From: Xenococcaceae cyanobacterium MO_234.B1
GTDB taxonomy: Bacteria; Cyanobacteriota; Cyanobacteriia; Cyanobacteriales; Xenococcaceae
DNA: 24,000 nt
Reading direction: 5' to 3'
NCBI GenBank assembly: GCA_030064915.1
Contig: JASJEK010000081.1
Coordinates: 1 to 24,000, forward strand
Part shown: one piece after another, positions 1 to 7,291 of the stretch
How positions within the stretch are numbered: the first letter of the stretch is position 1
Layout of the letters: every line of letters begins with the position of its first letter
The notes under the pieces: model-generated
The model's input: only the letters and a program-made list of their open reading frames with translations
What the model was told of the DNA's origin: nothing
Database searches by the model: none
Program-made: the position numbers and the translations under genes

Positions 1-752
1 GTGATCCCTAGTTGTTTTTGCAGTTGGACAATTTGAGCGCGAGTTTCGGTTCTTAATTTCGCGTCAAGATTGGATAAGGGTTCATCCATCAGAAATACTT
101 GGGGATTTCTAGCGATCGCTCTTCCTAGAGCTACTCTCTGTTTTTGTCCTCCTGATAGTTCTTTCGGGAGTCTGTAGAGTAAGGGTTCAATCTGTAATAA
201 GCTGGCAACAGATCTTACCCGTTGACGAATCGTTTTTTCTTTAGCCGAGAGATAACGCAGTTTGGCGGGTAGCGATCGCGTCAACCCCACTAAAGCAGGT
301 TCGATCCAATCGGATACTAAATTGTGATTATGATTAGTTTCCCCTATTTCGGAACGTCGCAACCCAAAAGCAATATTGTCATAAACATTGAGATGGGGAT
401 ATAGAGCATAGTTTTGAAATACCATTGCGATATCTCTAGCTTTTGGCGGAATTTGATTTACAACGCCATCGCCGATGTAAATATTCCCTCCAGTCAAATC
501 TTCTAGTCCTGCTAGAAGGCGCAACAAAGTACTTTTGCCACAGCCTGAAGGACCTACCAATACCATAAATTCGCCGTCTTCTACTTCCAGATTGATATTC
601 CTGAGAACATTAACTGAATTAGCTTTATTCTTCTGAAAAGATGAAGCATCAGAACCCGCTATCTTAGACTCTTTCCCTACAATCGGATTGGATTCTGTCT
701 GACGACTTTGGGGAAAGCTTTTATAGATATTTTCAAAGATGACTTTTGCCAC
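1..752 (-). CDS. ABC transporter ATP-binding protein, MalK/UgpC-like (partial; C-terminus runs off the window start)
   Basis: Absent from the ORF track, probably because it is partial and starts at GTG. Reverse-strand translation from GTG (752-750) reads [13 protein letters not shown]...[25 protein letters not shown] (Walker A), [22 protein letters not shown] (Q-loop) and [32 protein letters not shown] (signature + Walker B). The frame stays open to base 1. A ~35-aa insert ([35 protein letters not shown]) sits between the Q-loop and the signature. Confidence 0.9.
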   Translation of the reverse strand, partial: MAKVIFENIYKSFPQSRQTESNPIVGKESKIAGSDASSFQKNKANSVNVLRNINLEVEDGEFMVLVGPSGCGKSTLLRLLAGLEDLTGGNIYIGDGVVNQIPPKARDIAMVFQNYALYPHLNVYDNIAFGLRRSEIGETNHNHNLVSDWIEPALVGLTRSLPAKLRYLSAKEKTIRQRVRSVASLLQIEPLLYRLPKELSGGQKQRVALGRAIARNPQVFLMDEPLSNLDAKLRTETRAQIVQLQKQLGI

Positions 753-834
753 AAATCAAACCAACTCGCTTTATTTAGCTTAATCACCCTTGGGCATTTT
801 CCCCATGAAGATATTATGTAATCTTGAGTGAGAT

Positions 835-1077
835 TCAGGAAGAAAACAAACGGGCTTCTGCTAAGTCTCGGATCAATGCTGTTTTAGAAGCGAGATAAGT
901 ATTTAAGCTAGCACGATCTTTATGTTCTAGAGGTTGTTGATTGTCTAGCTTATGCAATAGTCTTTCTACTAATTCCCCATCACTAATTTCTAAAAGCTCA
1001 GAAGTGTGAGTCTTTTCGATTAACTTCCAGGTTTGGTGTAACAGTGCAATATTCAAACTGTTGTCCCCCATAATCAA
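835..1077 (-). CDS. hypothetical protein (80 aa)
   Basis: ORF-track ORF in an otherwise empty gap between two same-strand genes. No motif I recognise. Composition is plausible for coding. Confidence 0.35.
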   Translation of the reverse strand: MIMGDNSLNIALLHQTWKLIEKTHTSELLEISDGELVERLLHKLDNQQPLEHKDRASLNTYLASKTALIRDLAEARLFSS

Positions 1078-1135
1078 GAGCGTTTTGGCTCTTATGTTTT
1101 TGTGTCAACAGATAACATCTTAAATCATCTAGAGC

Positions 1136-1160
1136 AAATCTAAAGAAAATCTTTAGATTT
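1136..1160. repeat. perfect 10-bp inverted repeat (aaatctaaag-aaaat-ctttagattt) between ubiA and the 80-aa ORF
   Basis: Read directly. It lies ~60-80 bp upstream of the 80-aa ORF start and ~55 bp past the ubiA stop. No U-tract follows on either strand, so it is not a canonical terminator; it could be an operator. Confidence 0.4.
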
Positions 1161-1215
1161 GTGTGGAATATTTATACAAATCTTCATGGAAGTTCGATAA
1201 AGGTTATAGTTTCGG

Positions 1216-2094
1216 TTAACTCCCAACAATCATTCCTCCTAACAGGATAAATCCGATCCAGACATTTTGACCAAAAATTTGACCATAAACAGGACGGGGT
1301 AAAGCGCGATCGCGTAACCTAAGATATTGCCACAACCAGACTAGAGTTGCTGCCAACAAACTCAGCCAAAAAACTAAGTTTAGCTGAAGACTAACGGCAA
1401 GATAAGCCATTAAAACTGCTGTTACTAAGAAAAACAAGCCTACTGCTTCTGGTGCATATTTACCAAAGAAAATAGCGCTGGAATTGATGCCAATTTTTAA
1501 GTCATCTTCTCTGTCTGACATGGCATAAACCGTATCAAATCCTAAAGTCCAAGCTACTGTTGCTCCCCATAATAGCCAAGTAGCAAGATTGATGTTTCCT
1601 GTGACAGCACTCCAACTAATGAGAACAGCAAAACCCCAACAAAGAGATAATACTAACTGCGGAATAGGGAAAACTCGCTTTGCCAGGGGATAACAAATAA
1701 TAAAGGGTACGGCAGCAACACACAGCCAAAAACTAAGAGTATTAAGATAAAAAGCTAAGACAGCAGCACAACATAATGCGATCGCAAAAATAATAATCCC
1801 CACTTTAATAGATAAAGTACGGGAAGCCAAAGGACGGTTTTTAGTACGATCTACTTGGGGATCGATATCTTTGTCCCACAAATCATTAATTACACAACCA
1901 GCAGCACTAGTTGCTAAAGTTCCTAAAATAATTACCCCTACTAATACTATAGGGGGCATTCCTTGGGCTGCTAAAAATACTGCCCACAATGCGGGAATCA
2001 TTAAAATTAATCTTCCAGCAGGTTTATCCCAACGCAATAGACGGATGATTTTTTGCCATGTGGGTTCGGTAGCGTTTGAGTATTTAAACAACAA
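1216..2094 (-). CDS. ubiA: 4-hydroxybenzoate polyprenyl(solanesyl)transferase, UbiA family (plastoquinone pathway in cyanobacteria)
   Basis: 292 aa and multi-TM. UbiA motif NDLWDKDIDPQVDRTKNRPLASR and second Asp-rich motif YAMSDREDDLKIG. Confidence 0.9.
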   Translation of the reverse strand: MLFKYSNATEPTWQKIIRLLRWDKPAGRLILMIPALWAVFLAAQGMPPIVLVGVIILGTLATSAAGCVINDLWDKDIDPQVDRTKNRPLASRTLSIKVGIIIFAIALCCAAVLAFYLNTLSFWLCVAAVPFIICYPLAKRVFPIPQLVLSLCWGFAVLISWSAVTGNINLATWLLWGATVAWTLGFDTVYAMSDREDDLKIGINSSAIFFGKYAPEAVGLFFLVTAVLMAYLAVSLQLNLVFWLSLLAATLVWLWQYLRLRDRALPRPVYGQIFGQNVWIGFILLGGMIVGS

Positions 2095-2241
2095 TTCTAA
2101 AATCTCCTTCAGATAAAAATTTTAGCTCATCTATATATTTACTTTATTTATTTTCCCTACTTATCTTACTTAATTGCTTAAATTGAAATTGCATGGGTTT
2201 TGGCAGCAGGGAGAGAGAAAAATAAAATAAGGCTTATCCGA

Positions 2242-2311
2242 ACAGTATTGTCTTAACAGTATTGTCTTAACAGTATTGTCTTAACAGTATTGTCTTAACA
2301 GTATTGTCTTA
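2242..2311. repeat. 5 perfect tandem copies of the 14-mer ACAGTATTGTCTTA in the ubiA/tonB divergent intergenic region
   Basis: Read directly: copies at 2242-2255, 2256-2269, 2270-2283, 2284-2297 and 2298-2311. Each unit contains ACA-N4-TGT. The array ends 73 bp upstream of the tonB ATG. Confidence 0.95.
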
Positions 2312-2383
2312 GTCTTGAGCCGATACGTTAAACTCAAGTAACATTACCCATTTACTCAACAGTTTTTCTAGCAAGTTTTAGCA

Positions 2384-3856
2384 ATGACAATTGTGGAACG
2401 GAAGGGGAAGATTAATATCCAGATTAGTATCGATCCCTTCTTGCTGTTTATATTGACATCTGTTTTAATTCATGGAATAGGGCTACTAATATTAGTCTTA
2501 TCGAATCGATCGCTAAGAGCTGTGCGCCAGGAAACAGAATCTACTCCTATTGATTTTGTTATTGTTCCCCCCGAAGAATCGCCAGAAGAACCCCCTCCAG
2601 ACACTGAGCGACGGGCAGTTAATAATTCTGTTGCCAAGGGAAAAGTAGAACCTGAATTACCCTCTGCTACTGACAAAATTGGTAATGAGAAAGCTATTGC
2701 CACATCTGAACCAAGTCAAGGAACTAAACCAGAGATACAAGAGACACCATCAGCTTCTGTTCCACCGATTACACCCCCAGCAGCAGAGGTCAAACCTACT
2801 CCTCCTCCTACAGTAGTACCAAAACCGAAACCAATTGAACCATCTCAACCCCCAGTTAAACCCCCTACCGCACTATCGAAAATCCCCAAAAGAGCGATCA
2901 CCCCTTCTCCTTCTCTGCCACCGATTAGACCCCCAGCAGCAGAGGTCAAACCGGCTCCTCCAGTAGTCTCAAAACCCCAACCAATTGAACAATCTCAACC
3001 CCCAGTTAAACCCCCTACATCACTATCGAAAATCCCCAAACCAGCGATCGCGCCCTCGACTTCTCTGCCACCGATTAAGCCCCCAGCAACAGAGGTCAAA
3101 CCTACTCCCCCAGTAGTATCAAAGCCCAAGCCCAGAGAAAAATTGCCCCCCCTTCCAGAGTCTAACTCTCCCTCAATTCCTCGACCAAAACCTGCTCCTC
3201 TACAAGAGGCAACACCTTCCAGAGAAATAGAGACAGCTACTGCTAAACCAGATTTACCTCCTGTAGCGACCAATTTACCGCCCAAGGCAAAACCAATAAA
3301 GCCTTCTTCCTTGCCTACTGAAACTCCCCCTAATTCTGAAAATTCCTCTGTACCAGAAACTACCCCAACTCCATCTTCAGAACAGAAAACCCCCGTTGGC
3401 TCTGGTGCTGCTAGTCTCTTGGGAGGAACTCAGAGAAGGAGTCTGTCTGACGATGGGGGCAGTTCCTTTTTCAATCCTAAAGCAAATGCTAGTCAACAAG
3501 CCCTCAATCCTAGTGGATTAGATGCTCGGCAAGACCTCGATCTTGGTCCTTACTTTGCTGAAATTAAGCGACGAGTAAGACGGAATTGGAAGCCCTCAGC
3601 ACCAATTGATAATCGTCATACAATACTTGCTTTTTCAATTCAACGCAATGGTCAAATTACTGGGTTACGAGTAATACAAAGTTCTGGTTCGGAAAGGATT
3701 GATCGTGAATCTCTCGAAGCAGTGCAAAAATCTGGTCCTTTTGCTGCTTTACCAGCAAATTTCCCCGACGAGCAATTAAAAATCCAATTCAAATTTAATA
3801 TATATGTCAACCAAGGAATATCTAGACCGCAGTTAGATAATTGGCAAAGATTTTAG
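2384..3856 (+). CDS. tonB: energy transducer TonB-family protein with a long Pro-rich repetitive spacer
   Basis: N-terminal TM anchor (FLLFILTSVLIHGIGLLILVL). A ~300-aa Pro/Lys/Glu-rich spacer. C-terminal TonB domain (YFAEIKRRVRRNWKP...FSIQRNGQITGLRVIQSSGSERIDRESLEAVQKSGPFAALP). Followed by exbB and exbD. Confidence 0.85.
   Translation: MTIVERKGKINIQISIDPFLLFILTSVLIHGIGLLILVLSNRSLRAVRQETESTPIDFVIVPPEESPEEPPPDTERRAVNNSVAKGKVEPELPSATDKIGNEKAIATSEPSQGTKPEIQETPSASVPPITPPAAEVKPTPPPTVVPKPKPIEPSQPPVKPPTALSKIPKRAITPSPSLPPIRPPAAEVKPAPPVVSKPQPIEQSQPPVKPPTSLSKIPKPAIAPSTSLPPIKPPATEVKPTPPVVSKPKPREKLPPLPESNSPSIPRPKPAPLQEATPSREIETATAKPDLPPVATNLPPKAKPIKPSSLPTETPPNSENSSVPETTPTPSSEQKTPVGSGAASLLGGTQRRSLSDDGGSSFFNPKANASQQALNPSGLDARQDLDLGPYFAEIKRRVRRNWKPSAPIDNRHTILAFSIQRNGQITGLRVIQSSGSERIDRESLEAVQKSGPFAALPANFPDEQLKIQFKFNIYVNQGISRPQLDNWQRF
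2762..3135 (+). repeat. intragenic tandem repeat in tonB, period ~150-156 nt, about 2.4 copies
   Basis: Units start with ccaccgatta at 2762, 2918 and 3068. They encode PPI(T/R/K)PPA(A/T)EVKP(T/A)PP..VSKP(K/Q)PIE(P/Q)SQPPVKPPT(A/S)LSKIPK. Confidence 0.9.
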
Positions 3857-3878
3857 TTTTGATTGTTGATAAAAATTT

Positions 3879-4535
3879 ATGGAAACTGTATATCAATTAT
3901 TTAATAACGGAGGGGTGGTTATGTGGCCTCTCCTGGGACTGTCGATTTTTTCTCTAGCAATGATTTTAGAGCGATCGCTCTTTTGGTCTCGACTTTCCCG
4001 TGGACAGGACAAAATCCTCAAAAAGGTACTTACTCTCTACCAAGAAGAACCTGAGATGGCTGATGTTATGCTGAAGCGTAATCAACATTTACCTATGGCA
4101 CGGATCTTTTTAGCTGCCTTATCTCTACAGCGATCAACCCCAGAAAAGTTTCGCTTGGCTTTAGAAAGTGCTGCTCAGGCTGAAATGCCTTTACTCAAGC
4201 GGTTCAGTAATGCTTTTGAAACAATTACTAGTGTCTCACCTTTACTCGGATTGTTAGGGACTGTTTTAGGCTTGATCACCTCTTTGGCTTCTCTACGTAT
4301 TGGCGATATCGAATCTTCCCAAGCTACTGGAGTTACAGGAGGAATTAGTGAAGCTTTGACTTCCACTGCTACTGGTTTAGTTATAGCTATTGTTACGCTT
4401 TTTTTTGCCAGTACCTTTCGAGGATTATACTTGCAACAAATCGCCCTAATACAAGAGTTTAGTGGTCAATTAGAACTGTTGCATCTAGAAAAATACGAAC
4501 AAAAAGGAGATATGACTGATGCGATTACCCGATGA
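3879..4535 (+). CDS. exbB: MotA/TolQ/ExbB proton-channel family protein
   Basis: 218 aa with three TM segments. Conserved C-terminal half LLGLLGTVLGLI...GISEALTSTATGLVIAIVTLF. Operon position between tonB and exbD. Confidence 0.85.
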   Translation: METVYQLFNNGGVVMWPLLGLSIFSLAMILERSLFWSRLSRGQDKILKKVLTLYQEEPEMADVMLKRNQHLPMARIFLAALSLQRSTPEKFRLALESAAQAEMPLLKRFSNAFETITSVSPLLGLLGTVLGLITSLASLRIGDIESSQATGVTGGISEALTSTATGLVIAIVTLFFASTFRGLYLQQIALIQEFSGQLELLHLEKYEQKGDMTDAITR

Positions 4536-4920
4536 GCCTGATAGACCACCGCAAATTAATATTGTACCAATGATTGATGTTATCTTTGCTATCCTGGTCT
4601 ATTTTATTGTCTCTAGTTTGTTTTTAACTCGTTCCGAAGGCTTACCAGTAAATCTTCCCCAGGCTGAAACTGTTCAATTACAAAAGACTAAACAAATTAC
4701 AGTCAGTCTTGATAGGGAAGGGACTTTAACTGTTGGCAATCAACCCACACAGCTTGCTCAATTAAAAACTAAGGTCGAAAATTTGATTAAAACCGAGCAA
4801 ACAACAGTGGTGGTAATTAAGGCTGATAAAGTAGTCGAGCACGGTCAGGTAGTAGATGTTCTTGACCAATTACGTCAGATTCCCCAAGCCAAACTTGCGA
4901 TCGCAGCCCAAAAAGAATAG
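4519..4920 (+). CDS. exbD: biopolymer transport protein ExbD/TolR
   Basis: 133 aa. N-terminal INIVPMIDVIFAILVYFIV TM motif and a periplasmic domain ending VVIKADKVVEHGQVVDVLDQLRQ. Overlaps the exbB stop by 17 nt. Confidence 0.85.
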   Translation: MRLPDEPDRPPQINIVPMIDVIFAILVYFIVSSLFLTRSEGLPVNLPQAETVQLQKTKQITVSLDREGTLTVGNQPTQLAQLKTKVENLIKTEQTTVVVIKADKVVEHGQVVDVLDQLRQIPQAKLAIAAQKE

Positions 4921-4938
4921 TCTATTAACTGATTTTAT

Positions 4939-6300
4939 TTAGTTGATTTTATTTAGTCTCGCATCTCTTCCATTTTGATGGAGAATCAGGTGGGAGACTT
5001 CACCATCATCACTAGTAACAAAAGTAAGTTGAGCCTCTACCACCTTGAGGAAAAACTTAGTTGGAGACTCTGGAAAAATTTCGACAACTTCTTGTCCTGT
5101 TAATTGGGTAAAGATGCGTTGAGCTTCGGTTGTCACAGTAAATACAAGATCGAGTACAGAAGGTGGTAAGGATTGAGCAGGAGCGAATTTATATTGTCCT
5201 ACATAAGCTTGGTAAATAGCAGGGTCGAGATTGATGGCTTCTCGTTTTTTTGGTGCTTGATACGATTCGCCAAATAAAATAGCAGCTATATCTCTTCCCA
5301 TCTTTTCCGCTGGAGATGTCGAAAGATTACTTAAGACAATAATTGCAATTTGTTCGTCAGGATATCTAGCTATATGGGTAACAAAACCCTCAATACCTCC
5401 ATTAGAAGAAATACGACAGCGATCGTATTGAGTATCGATTAACCATCCATAGCTGTGATATATTTGCTCGTTTTCCTCTGTAGGAACTTGGATAGTGGAA
5501 GTAAACATGGCATCTCTAGATGATTGATTGAGTACTGCATCAGTATAGAGCGATCGCTCCCATTTAGAGAGATCTTCTACAGTAGAATATAGCCCACCCG
5601 CACCAGACGGTATCGACATATCTATATACTCGGCATTTTGATACCCTTTGACTGTGGAAACGTAACCAGAAGCGCGATTCTGTAATATGGTTTCGTGGCG
5701 ATCGTAACCAGAATCGTTCATTCCTAGGGGGTCAAAAATATACTGTTGTAAGTAATCTGCATAGGATTGATTGGAGACAGTTTCAATTATTTTAGTTAAA
5801 ACTGCATAGCCAGAATTACTGTAGCTAAAGCGATCGCCTGGAGTAAATTCTAAAGGGCGATCACTAAAACAAGCAATCAGATCGTCTAGTTTGGTGGCAA
5901 TTCTTTTTTTCGTCTGATAATCATCGAAACTAGTGAAGTTAGGAATACCTGCCGTATGATTTAGTAGTTGATGAATAGTAATTTGTTCCCCATGAGGATA
6001 GTCAGGTAAATAGGTGGCGATCGAATAATTTACATCGAGCAAGTCTTGTTCTTGAAGTTTAAGAATGGCTGCTGCGGTAAACTGCTTAGTAAGAGAAGCG
6101 AGACGAAATTTAGTTTGCGGTGTATTGGGAATGCTATGTTCTAAATTTGCCATACCATATCCCTTACTTAGCAATACTTCCCCTGCACGACTAACCAGCG
6201 CAGAACCCATAAAATAGCCAGTTTCTAGATAGGCTTGCAAATAAGCTTCTATCTCTTCGACAATAGAGCGATCGCCTGAATAGTTTTTTGATTCAACCAT
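4939..6300 (-). CDS. serine hydrolase, class C beta-lactamase / PBP4*-like family, with an extra C-terminal domain
   Basis: SxxK motif (ASLTKQF) and YxN motif (YSNSGY). I place the start at Met40 of the track ORF (MVESKNY..., ATG complement at 6300-6298). The first 39 aa of the 6417 ORF look non-homologous and overlap the neighbouring fragment. Confidence 0.8.
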   Translation of the reverse strand: MVESKNYSGDRSIVEEIEAYLQAYLETGYFMGSALVSRAGEVLLSKGYGMANLEHSIPNTPQTKFRLASLTKQFTAAAILKLQEQDLLDVNYSIATYLPDYPHGEQITIHQLLNHTAGIPNFTSFDDYQTKKRIATKLDDLIACFSDRPLEFTPGDRFSYSNSGYAVLTKIIETVSNQSYADYLQQYIFDPLGMNDSGYDRHETILQNRASGYVSTVKGYQNAEYIDMSIPSGAGGLYSTVEDLSKWERSLYTDAVLNQSSRDAMFTSTIQVPTEENEQIYHSYGWLIDTQYDRCRISSNGGIEGFVTHIARYPDEQIAIIVLSNLSTSPAEKMGRDIAAILFGESYQAPKKREAINLDPAIYQAYVGQYKFAPAQSLPPSVLDLVFTVTTEAQRIFTQLTGQEVVEIFPESPTKFFLKVVEAQLTFVTSDDGEVSHLILHQNGRDARLNKIN

Positions 6301-6453
6301 GAAAATATCTTTGCTTTTTGCTAGTTCTGAGTATAGAAAATTATTACTTAACAACACACATAAATATTCTTGGACTCTCATGCAGCTATTAATTGGGGTG
6401 GCTTTAGAATGTTTCAATACCTGGTATTTATTGGAGAAACCAGGAGAGTCAGA

Positions 6454-6750
6454 GTGATTGAAGAGGAGACTCTGCTTCTATTATTGGTTTTATTAGTGGG
6501 AGTAACCGTTATTCTAGCTATTCTCCTTAAAGCTGCTTTGGAGCGAATTAGTATTCCTCCTTTGGTTGGTCATCTACTGTTAGGGATGGCAATGGGGTTG
6601 CTCAATAGTCAGGTGTATTTTCTAATACCACTGATTAAAGAAGTATATGCTTTTTTAGCGGAGTTAGGTATTATTTCATTGTTATTTCGGGTTGGTTTAG
6701 AAAGTAATCTCGCTGGATTAATTCGCCAATTACCTCGCGCCAGCTTTATT
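6454..6750 (+). pseudogene. N-terminal fragment (~100 aa) of a CPA2 (Kef/NhaP-type) cation:proton antiporter, truncated
   Basis: GTG at 6454 is preceded by GGAGAG. LLLLVLLVGVTVILAILLKAALERISIPPLVGHLLLGMAMG...FLAELGIISLLFRVGLESNLAGLIRQLPRASFI matches TM1-TM3 of Na+/H+ exchanger family proteins. Family-like sequence stops near 6750. The rest of the track ORF (to 6939) is unrelated read-through, and no downstream continuation exists. Confidence 0.7.
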
Positions 6751-7002
6751 TTATTCAATAGATTCAATTGTGATACGATAAGTTTCAAGATAGAGCGAGA
6801 AATGAAGAGATGTAGCTGTGGTCGGCGAACTCTCCGCCGTATAAATCCTAGAGACCACTATCCTTACACAAAAGAGGATAATCAAGACTCGCGAGGTGAA
6901 TACCGTAGCCTTGCAGTGGAAAAAGTAAGAGTCTTGTAACCAAAAAGATATACTCCTTGGGAAGCAGGGAGTCTGCCTGGGTAACAACTAGATTGTTACG
7001 AG

Positions 7003-7195
7003 TGTCAGTGCCACGTTGAGGCGTGAAGCAAAACCACTGGAGGCTGAGCGCGAAGGGGCGACATATCTATAAAGTTAACTGTTTTGCTTTAATCATTAAC
7101 TTGAAATTGCCCCTTGCGCGACCAAAGCTAATCTCGTATTAGTGGAGGCATTGGCTAGAAACAGGAAGCCCTCGATTTATCGAAGAGTACTTCAC
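7003..7195 (+). ncRNA. candidate orphan IS200/IS605 right-end / TnpB omega-RNA-like structured element (no nuclease gene attached)
   Basis: No credible ORF. Interleaved helices 7025-7034/7081-7090 and 7048-7061/7107-7120 give a pseudoknot topology. The 3' tail AGGAAGCC(7163-7170)-hairpin(7171-7186, TTTA loop)-TAC-TTCAC(7191-7195) parallels AGGAAGCC(22644-22651)-hairpin(22652-22670)-C...GTCAC(22677-22681) at the end of the intact TnpB element. Confidence 0.35.
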
Positions 7196-7291
7196 CTCGC
7201 TCCATATCCAATTAACGAGTCGCACACCACTACCTAAAGCATATAATACCAAGGGGGGAAAGGCTCTCGTATTCTTAGATTAACCAGGCCG

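Noticed and set aside
243-357. ~35-aa insertion between the Q-loop and the ABC signature in the ABC ATPase, as a possible novel domain
   Set aside because: I cannot tell without alignments whether this insert is a standard feature of the cyanobacterial orthologs. The gene is also truncated by the window edge, so I leave it as a note in the feature evidence.
2242-2311. CRISPR array
   Set aside because: The 14-bp units are directly abutting with no spacers, are far shorter than CRISPR repeats, and no cas genes are present.
4930-4957. 14-bp tandem duplication tgattttatttagt x2 across the stop codon of the serine hydrolase gene
   Set aside because: It is real in the sequence but looks like a trivial slippage scar at a convergent gene junction. 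The second stop-like triplet is out of frame, and there is no structural or regulatory implication I can support.
6301-6417. 39-aa N-terminal extension of the serine hydrolase (track start at 6417)
   Set aside because: The extension (MKHSKATPINSCMRVQEYLCVLLSNNFLY..) does not resemble a signal peptide or a conserved domain, and it overlaps the opposite-strand fragment. Met40 (MVESKNY) is the more conservative start, though the true start is uncertain.
6370-6939. The 189-aa + strand ORF as an intact gene, and the antisense 78-aa ORF 6751-6987
   Set aside because: Only residues ~29-127 look like a real protein (the antiporter N-terminus). The N-terminal 28 aa overlap the hydrolase gene region, and the C-terminal 60 aa are read-through into the non-coding structured block. 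The antisense ORF lies wholly in that block.
6940-7060. RNase P RNA, tmRNA, SRP RNA or 6S RNA. The strings gcctgggtaac and agtgccac are reminiscent of RNase P J11/12-P12 strings.
   Set aside because: The universally conserved P4 strands (GAGGAAAGUCCGGGC and ACAGAACCCGGCUUA) are absent on both strands. There is no tRNA-like 3' end or tag ORF for tmRNA and no SRP domain IV motif. The paired ends are ~290 nt apart, too far for 6S RNA.
6751-7231. Group II intron on the - strand. The - strand reads GTGCGAC at 7225-7219. A long-range helix (6886-6903 with 7187-7221) could be a domain I closing stem.
   Set aside because: In the ~140 nt that would have to hold domains II-VI, I could not find a domain V-like 34-nt hairpin (AGC triad, GNRA loop). 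I found no bulged-A domain VI and no tetraloop-receptor pair, and there is no IEP/RT ORF. Group II fragments are usually 5'-truncated, not 3'-truncated. Kept only as the alternative hypothesis in the finding.
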